DNA of 64,000 nucleotides from Octopus sinensis. Taxonomy: Eukaryota. Below, piece after piece: positions 13,305 through 64,000 of this stretch (its first letter is position 1; every line of letters starts with the position of its first letter). The translations under genes and the position numbers were made by a program. A model generated the notes under the pieces. That model saw only the letters and a list, made by a program, of their open reading frames with translations, was not told where the DNA came from and searched no databases. Where the stretch lies: the NCBI RefSeq assembly GCF_006345805.1, contig NC_043014.1:8122001-8186000 (forward strand). Direction: 5' to 3'.

Positions 13305-13826
13305 CCGTAAATCCTCGAGTATAGTCCGCTGAGGATTTTTAGGGGGCTGTACCTCTGAAAAACCTAAACCTTGTATATAATACGTACCCCATCTCTAACT
13401 TGAGTCAATGAGGTCTATATAACGTCCTTGGTTTATAAAACTGTATACGGTAACATCCTTTATTATTATTATATACATAACATAATGCAAACGTGTAGCT
13501 AATTTCTGCATTTTGTTTGCAGAATATAAAGAAATAACAGTAATAACAGTAATAACAGTAATAACAGTAATAACGTTTAATAGATGTTGCTTACTGCAAG
13601 TTATGGATGATTCTTTTATGACTTCATTGTTTTCAGGCTTAGCTTAAGGTATTTTCACGCCCGACATCAAAAAATGCGTCTGAATAAACATTGCCGGACA
13701 GCATATAGAAACTCGGACATTGCTTAGAAAATAATTTTAATTTTTAACCTCGTATATAGTGCGCACTAGGGATTTTGACCTTTCAATTTTGGGGAAAAAG
13801 TGCGGATTATACTCGAGGATTAACAG
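13305..13826. mobile_element. MITE, Tc1/mariner-pogo type
   Basis: TIRs CCGTAAATCCTCGAGTATAGTCCGC / GCGGATTATACTCGAGGATTAACAG with TA flanks. Confidence 0.75.
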
Positions 13827-13829
13827 TAC

Positions 13830-15975
13830 CTTAATGACATATCTTGGCTACAGCTTGTCTACTTTGAAATAATAGAGTTGTTTGATCACTTTCTTTGTTG
13901 CATAGCATTATAATCTTGATTTCTCTATAAATTCGAATGCTCTGTTTTAAAATACCACTTATCCATCCAACTTGTTGGATATATCATCATCATGGCTTTA
14001 CCTCACCTTTTTATAGCAGTTTAAAATTTTATCTGAAGAAGGAAAATTCAAGCTGTTGTGTAATCTGTGAATACATCAATAAAATCCTGCCGAAACAATT
14101 GTCGTAAATTTTAAACTACATCTATGTTCGTCTTTTTATACCTATACCTTACCTTGAACCAATCTTGTGTCGGATCTACTTATATATCAATATACCTACG
14201 GTATTCCACCAATGCCTTCATGATTATTTTACCTCTCAGTGTGTTTAATACGAAGAGACTTTCAAGATCATAGGTGTCAGCACTGTCATAAATCGTATGA
14301 CAGCACTGACATTTGCGATCTTGTAGGTCTCTTTGTATTAAACACATTGAGCTCCAAGTATCCATCCTACAATGTTGGTCTATAACGAGACGATGGAGTA
14401 GGTATTTTCCATGACTGATGTTACACCAACGGTAAATTTAGGAAACAACTCACCTCCATCTTTTATCAATTAGGCATTAAAGTCACAGTCTTTACTAATC
14501 TGTCAAAATTCGATATTTTAGATGTTTCTCTAGACCTAAACTTTTCTTATAAGCATAAGCCCACGGGAGACTTTCCTACATATACAAAGTCTTGTTGCCA
14601 CCACCCCCAAAGGGTTTAAAATCCTGAGAACCAACATTAGTAACAGAATATCTAACCTCTCTTCCTTTAAGGAAATTTTCCAACATGCAGCCTCCTACAA
14701 TATTGGCTTCAATATTGAATTAATTTACAATCCCTCTCGTAACAGTACGAATAAAAAAATATACCTATAAGTAGCCCTAGGAGAAAAATTTGGTTCCCCG
14801 ACCCTGTCCTTTTCTTTTAATGTTTAAACCAATATAGGAAAAGGGTTCCTCTTCCTCTTAAACAAGCATCTTCCGAAAAATATTCAACAGGTACTCTGTC
14901 AAACTATCATATAGCTTCTGTCCCAGTATGAAGAGCATCATCACACACAAATACCACCAAGAATGTAATTCCATTTGTAAATGTAGAAACCCTGGAACCT
15001 GTCCACTCAACCAGGGGTGCTTGATTAAATCCATCATATATAAGGCCGAAGCTACAACAATCACTAGATGGTAACATAACGGAAAAGAAGATCTACATCG
15101 GGCTATGTGAAGGCGACTTCAAACATCGCTAAGCTGGCGTCATACATTCCTTCTGGCACAAGGACAAACGTAAAGCCACTGAGTTGGATAGACATGTATG
15201 CGGTTTGAAGTCTAACGCCACACTACATAAAATCAAGTAGAAAATAGTTGAAAAGTCTACACTACATGTCAATGGATCAAAAAGATGTAAGATATACATA
15301 GCTGAAAGATCACAGATTCTTTTCAGATCTAAGAACTCCGCCGCACTGCTGAATTCCAGATCTGATATTTTCATCAGATGTAAACATATTGGTGCGTTCC
15401 TGTTAGCGAATTGGAAAATACCACCCTCTCCGGTTTAAGCTGCTGTACTGCAGAATCTAGGTTACTATCCATTCAGCCTTATGATTCAATGGCCAAATGG
15501 GATATAACTCTAATTCTCACACAAATACACACTCACATAAACACATTTTTTTCTTTTTCCTTTATTCTTTTTTGTTTTCCTGTGTTTTCAGCCTTCCACC
15601 CTTTACATCTAATTTCTTCTAATCTTTTCTCGTGTTTTCTCTCTTCTTTCGTCCTGTGTTAGCTTGCTATACCATGTTCGCAGATCCCGAGGATTGAGTG
15701 AAGGCACCAGATGTATTATAAAATGCTATAAAAACAATATACTGTGCTTATTATATAATAAACATACTTATATATGCATATATAAGCTTTGTCAGTGAAC
15801 AAGTCGCGGTCTCAAAGCGACGAAAATATTTTGACAAATTAAATTTATATATTGAAGTGAATCTAACGGTTTTGTGTGTTTCTTAAATGGCTTATAAACA
15901 CCTTCCACGCTGCAATTGTTTTCGTTCCAGCACACGATCTCAGATCAAGTCACTCGCTATGCAAGTACATCTCCG
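13830..15975 (+). mobile_element. Decayed Penelope-like retroelement (RT C-terminus plus GIY-YIG; inverted RT fragment 13830-14370; degenerate hammerhead near 15788-15837)
   Basis: Fragments FLDVSLDL, IIYKAEAT...KIYIGLCEGDFKHR, LLNSRSDIFIRCKH with stops and frameshifts; TTTGTCA..GTCGC..GCGAC-GAAA..TGACAAA. Confidence 0.85.
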
Positions 15976-16012
<37 letters not shown>

Positions 16013-16050
16013 CACACATATATATGTATGTATATATTTGTATGTGTGTG

Positions 16051-16107
<57 letters not shown>

Positions 16108-16249
16108 ACATATGCAGCTATATAAATATATATATATATATTACTCAAAGAATTTCCAACTGTATCTGATTTTCACGTTTTATTTACAATCTTATGTTAA
16201 TATAATATAAGATAATATAATATAATGAAATGATACAATATTAAATGCC

Positions 16250-16580
16250 CATTCTGATCGAACTAGTACTTTCATGCATTAAACTATGCGATCTTTAGGT
16301 TCATATAGTAGGAAGAAATAAGTATATTGACCAATACATTGGTATCCTGTCCAAATTTCCCCTAAGACGCAATGCTAATGTTAGGCCAAACATTAATAAA
16401 TCCGAGATATCTACACTTAAACGTATACAAACCGATCAAGCAATAATAATTAAATAAGTAGATAAAGGGGGTGCAATCGTTATGATGGATGCAGAATACT
16501 TCAAGGATTTGATTGAAGACCAACTGAAGGACACAACCTTCTATTGTGAAATACCGTCAAATATAGACCACCACATCATG

Positions 16581-16582
<2 letters not shown>
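16250..16582 (+). mobile_element. Penelope-like RT N-terminal fragment
   Basis: IIIK*VDKGGAIVMMDAEYF (DKG motif). Confidence 0.65.
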
Positions 16583-16612
<30 letters not shown>

Positions 16613-16651
16613 GAGAGAGGGGGGGGAGAGAGAGAGGGAGAGAGAGAGAGC

Positions 16652-16694
<43 letters not shown>

Positions 16695-16700
16695 GGACAG

Positions 16701-16802
<102 letters not shown>

Positions 16803-17079
16803 TACAGACAGACGAAGTCTTTGTTTTAAAAATGAAATACGAAAAAGTAACAGGTTGCAGTAAGGTTAGGCAATAAAAAATGACACAATACAAGAATAAT
16901 GGATAAATACTTTATTGGGTATCACTGACTTCGATGTTTTCTAACAACGGTACATCAGATGACCTGAAAATTAGAATAGCGTACGCAGAGCAGAACTTCG
17001 AAAGAACTCTTACACAACTGTTTGGAATGACAGATTCTTCACTTGTAGAACTCATGTTTAAATTCTCTCCACTGTTTTG

Positions 17080-17110
<31 letters not shown>

Positions 17111-17530
17111 GAGAGAGAGATGGGTGGGTGGATGGATGGATGGATGGATGGATGGATGGATAAATAAATAGATAGTTAGACAGACATGGATAGATAGATA
17201 GATAGATAGATAGATATATTGATTGATTGATTGATTGATAGATAGATATGCATGCGTACATACCTTTATATTCATATGTACATATATAAATATTTATACT
17301 ATACATATAAGTAAGAATGTATGTATTTGAATCTATAGGTGTATATATATATGTATATATATATATATAATAAAGGGTAAAATTAATAATTAATAATTTT
17401 ACCAAGTAGTTCGGTATGTTAAAAGAGCCATTATCAGTAACCTTATACAAAAATTCTATACTTATAAGCATAATTATAATTAGGGTTTAGCAATAAATTG
17501 CTTCATCACATAATTATGCTTATAATTATA

Positions 17531-17594
<64 letters not shown>

Positions 17595-17788
17595 TAGGAG
17601 GAGGATAAATGTGTGTAGAAGTGTGTGTGCGTATGCGTGTGTGTGTGTGTGTGTGCATGTGTCTGTGTATTTATACATGTGTATATTACTCAAAATAACA
17701 TGCTAAATAAATGATTCAATTTTTGAACTCTTTACCAATGAAAATAAATTCTACTTATAATTCATTTTACCCCCTTTAATAAAACTGG

Positions 17789-60698
<42,910 letters not shown>

Positions 60699-61251
60699 CT
60701 GCAAAAGAAAAGCAATAACATATTAGGGAGAGTTTACGAAAAAACAAAAGACGAAGACAGGTGGTGTACAAAACAAACAGATGTATTAGTATAACGCTCA
60801 GGAATTTAAAAAAGTCTTTACGCTTCGAGCCTACGCTCTTCTTCAGAAAGGGATACAGAAAAAACAAAGAGAGGAACAAGGAGAAAAAAAATGTGTGTAG
60901 TGGCTAACGATCTATCATGGCGCTGACTCCACATAATATAATAACATATTATATACCTCTGTGTGACTAAAGGTAATGATAATAGTTTCAAATTTTGGCA
61001 CAAGGCCAACAAGTTCGAGGAAAGGATAAATCAATCAAATCACCCCTAGTGTTCATCTCGTACTTATTTCATCGACCTCGAAAGGATGAAAGGCGAAGTC
61101 GAACTCAACAGAATTTGGACTCAGAACGTTAAGACAGGTGAAATGTCAATAAATATTTAACCCGGAGTGCTAACGATTCTGCTAGCTCGCCGCCTTAAAC
61201 AAAAAATAATAATCCTTTCTACTATAGAAAGGATTAAAGGTAAAGTACTGA

Positions 61252-61808
61252 AGTACCAGGCAGTGGCTCTCATAGCTTCTGATCTTAACTGATTGGAAGT
61301 GTTAGCATGTATATTGTTTTGCCTTGGTATAAAAGATGGGCTACAGCAAATATTCTGTTCAATACCACAGATTTGCTAGTCAGTTGTTTGACCTTAACCA
61401 GTTGAGCATGTCCTTTAGTGGCTGATGATATGTGCATATCTCTGATCACTAGCAGAAGTAGGAGGAAGCATCATAGCCATGTGATGAAAAGAATTCTTTG
61501 GGGTTTGGAAAATTCACTTCAGGAAACATGGGTGTTTCATTCATCATTCTTAAACAAACTTTATTCAGGGACCTTTTGAGCGGGATGGGCTATTTGACCT
61601 GAAGAAGATTCTAACTGGGCTCCCACCTGCAAGGTCATGCGCTGCTTATCTTGATATGAGATCACCATGTCGCACATACGGTTGTGATGCATGTACCTTG
61701 TATACCCTTATCAGACGGGTAGTCATGATGGACATATTGGGCTTCGTATATTTATGCCTCAGTGTCACTTTGATGGCATGCACTGCTCTCTCACTCAATA
61801 ATAATAAC

Positions 61809-61873
<65 letters not shown>

Positions 61874-61968
61874 CAACAATAATGATAGTAATAATGATGA
61901 TGATGATAAAAATAATAACAATAGCAGCAACAACAACAACAACAACAATAATGATAATTATAATAATA

Positions 61969-62021
<53 letters not shown>

Positions 62022-62432
62022 GCCCTGATGCAGTACCAGACAGTGGCTTTAATGGCTCCTGATCTTAACTGATTGGAAGTGTTATCAAGTACATTGTTTT
62101 GTCTTGGTATAAAAGTTGGGCTACAGCAAATATTCTGCTCAATACCACAGATTTGCTTGTCAGTTGTTTGACCTTAACCAGTTGAGCATGTCCCTTGGTG
62201 GCTGACAATACGTGCATCTCTGATCACGAGCAGAAGTAGTGGGGGAGCATCATAGCCGTGTGTTGAAAGGAATTCTTAGAGGTTTGGATAATTCACCTTT
62301 GGTGGTTCGTTCAACATCCTTAAACAATCCTTATTCAGGGACCTTTTGAGCGGGATGGGCTACTCGATCAAAGAAAATTCTAACTGGGCCCCACCTGCAA
62401 GGTCATGCGCTGTTTATCTTGATATGAGATCA
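61252..62432 (+). repeat. Two diverged direct copies of an unclassified interspersed repeat (about 61252-61797, 62030-62432) with (AAT)n tails
   Basis: Alignable over about 400 bp; separated by an AAT/AAC tract. Confidence 0.75.
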
Positions 62433-63618
62433 ATAATAATAATAATAATAATAGTAAGCCTTTCTACTATAGGCACAAGGCCTGCATTTTATAGGGACGG
62501 AGGATAGTCGATTACATCGACCCCTAGTGTGTAACTGGTACTTAATTTACCGACCCAGAAAGGATGAAAGGTAAAGTCGACCTCGGCAATAGCTTTTTAG
62601 TTAGCCACAGGGCTAGTGATAAGAAGAACATCACAAAGACGGACAACAATTTGTGTGGGTATTTACATAAAGGATGGGGAGAAAGAAAATGGGAAAAAAC
62701 TGTGAAATGCAATATAATTATACATAGTTCACAAAAGTATGTGAAGACATAAAAGAGGCAGAAATTCGAACTACGGTCAGTCAAGGAACCCCGCAGATCC
62801 AGTATTATGCTGGCCACCAAATGTAAGAGCCCTTCGCCTCCTCTCCAATCTACAGGCGCATATTTAGATTAGGGTCGTTAATTTTCGCCATTTTTTTTTG
62901 GCCACTCACCCATCTTTATTCAAATTCCCTAAGCGATAGCATTTCCCTATCCACCCTCGCTTTCCTTTCCTAGTGGAACTTTAAAAAGTCGATGAGAGCT
63001 TTTGCTTCCTTTGATGATGCTGTTGCAGTTGTCGGGGTTACAGGCTCTGCTTCCATATGTATGTATGTATATATGCATGTATGTATGCATGTATGTATGT
63101 ATGTATGTATGTATGTATGTATGTATGTATGTATGCATGTATGTATGTATGTATGCATGCATGTATGTATGCATGTATATATGTATGTATGTATGTATGC
63201 ATGTATGTATGTATGTATGTATGTATGCATGTATATATGTATGTATATATATATATGCATGTATGTATGTATGTATGTATGTATGCATGTATGTATGTAT
63301 GTATGTATATATCCATGTATGTATGTATACATGTACGTATGTATGTATTATGTATATATGTATGTATATATGCATGTACGTATGTATGTATATGTATGTA
63401 TGTATGTATGTATGTATATATATATGTATGTACGTATGTATGTATGTATGTATGTATGTATGTATGTATGTATGTATGTATGTATGTATGTATGTATGTA
63501 TGTATATATCCATGTATGTATGCATGTACGTATGTATGTATGTATGTATGTATATATGTATGTATATATGCATGTACGTATGTATGTATATATGCATGTA
63601 TGTATGTATGTATGTATG

Positions 63619-63652
<34 letters not shown>

Positions 63653-63831
63653 TGTATGTATGTATGTATGTATGTATGTATCCTACGAGCTTCTTTTACT
63701 TTCTGTCAACCAAACCCGAAGCAATAATAGAAGATATTTGTCAAAAGTGTCACGTAGTAGGACTGAACCCGAAGCCATGTGGTTGGGAAGAAATTTTCTT
63801 ACCACACAGACGCGCCTACGCCTATAATGAT

Positions 63832-63864
<33 letters not shown>

Positions 63865-64000
63865 AAGAAGAAGAAGAAGAAGAAGAAGAAGAAGAAGAAG
63901 AAGAAAGAAGAAAGAAGAAGAAGAATTCCTCTTAATTTCAGCACAAGGCCAGTAATTTCAAGGGGAATGGGACAAGTCGATTACATCGAGCCCAGTACCT

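Noticed and set aside
62947-63827. YIHT/MYVC-type ORFs, and similar IYIY/YLSI ORFs throughout
   Set aside because: Translations of microsatellites
60699-64000. Start-codon exon or promoter of the peroxidase-like gene
   Set aside because: No convincing ATG-containing exon found among the repeats; it may lie outside the window

Overview
AT-rich, microsatellite-dense eukaryotic DNA; the repeat content (tRNA-headed SINEs, non-autonomous Helitrons, Penelope-like elements) resembles octopus/cephalopod genomes (inference). One protein-coding gene spans most of the window on the minus strand: 13 GT-AG exons (60698 to 17789; start codon not located) splice in frame into about 635 aa with a signal-like N-terminus, an animal heme peroxidase domain with several substituted active-site residues, and a C-terminal thrombospondin type 1 (TSP1)-like module. 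Two of its exons are 19-nt microexons. The most striking non-coding structure is a 5.5 kb tandem-plus-inverted array of a ~600 bp unit, each unit carrying a type I hammerhead ribozyme motif (Penelope pLTR/retrozyme-like). Related shorter copies share two fixed termini in (TA)n and a covarying 3' stem. Other hammerhead motifs, decayed Penelope/RLE/RTE/CR1/mariner elements and minisatellites fill the rest. Nearly all other ORFs in the track are repeat artefacts. Everything was read by eye; repeat boundaries are approximate.
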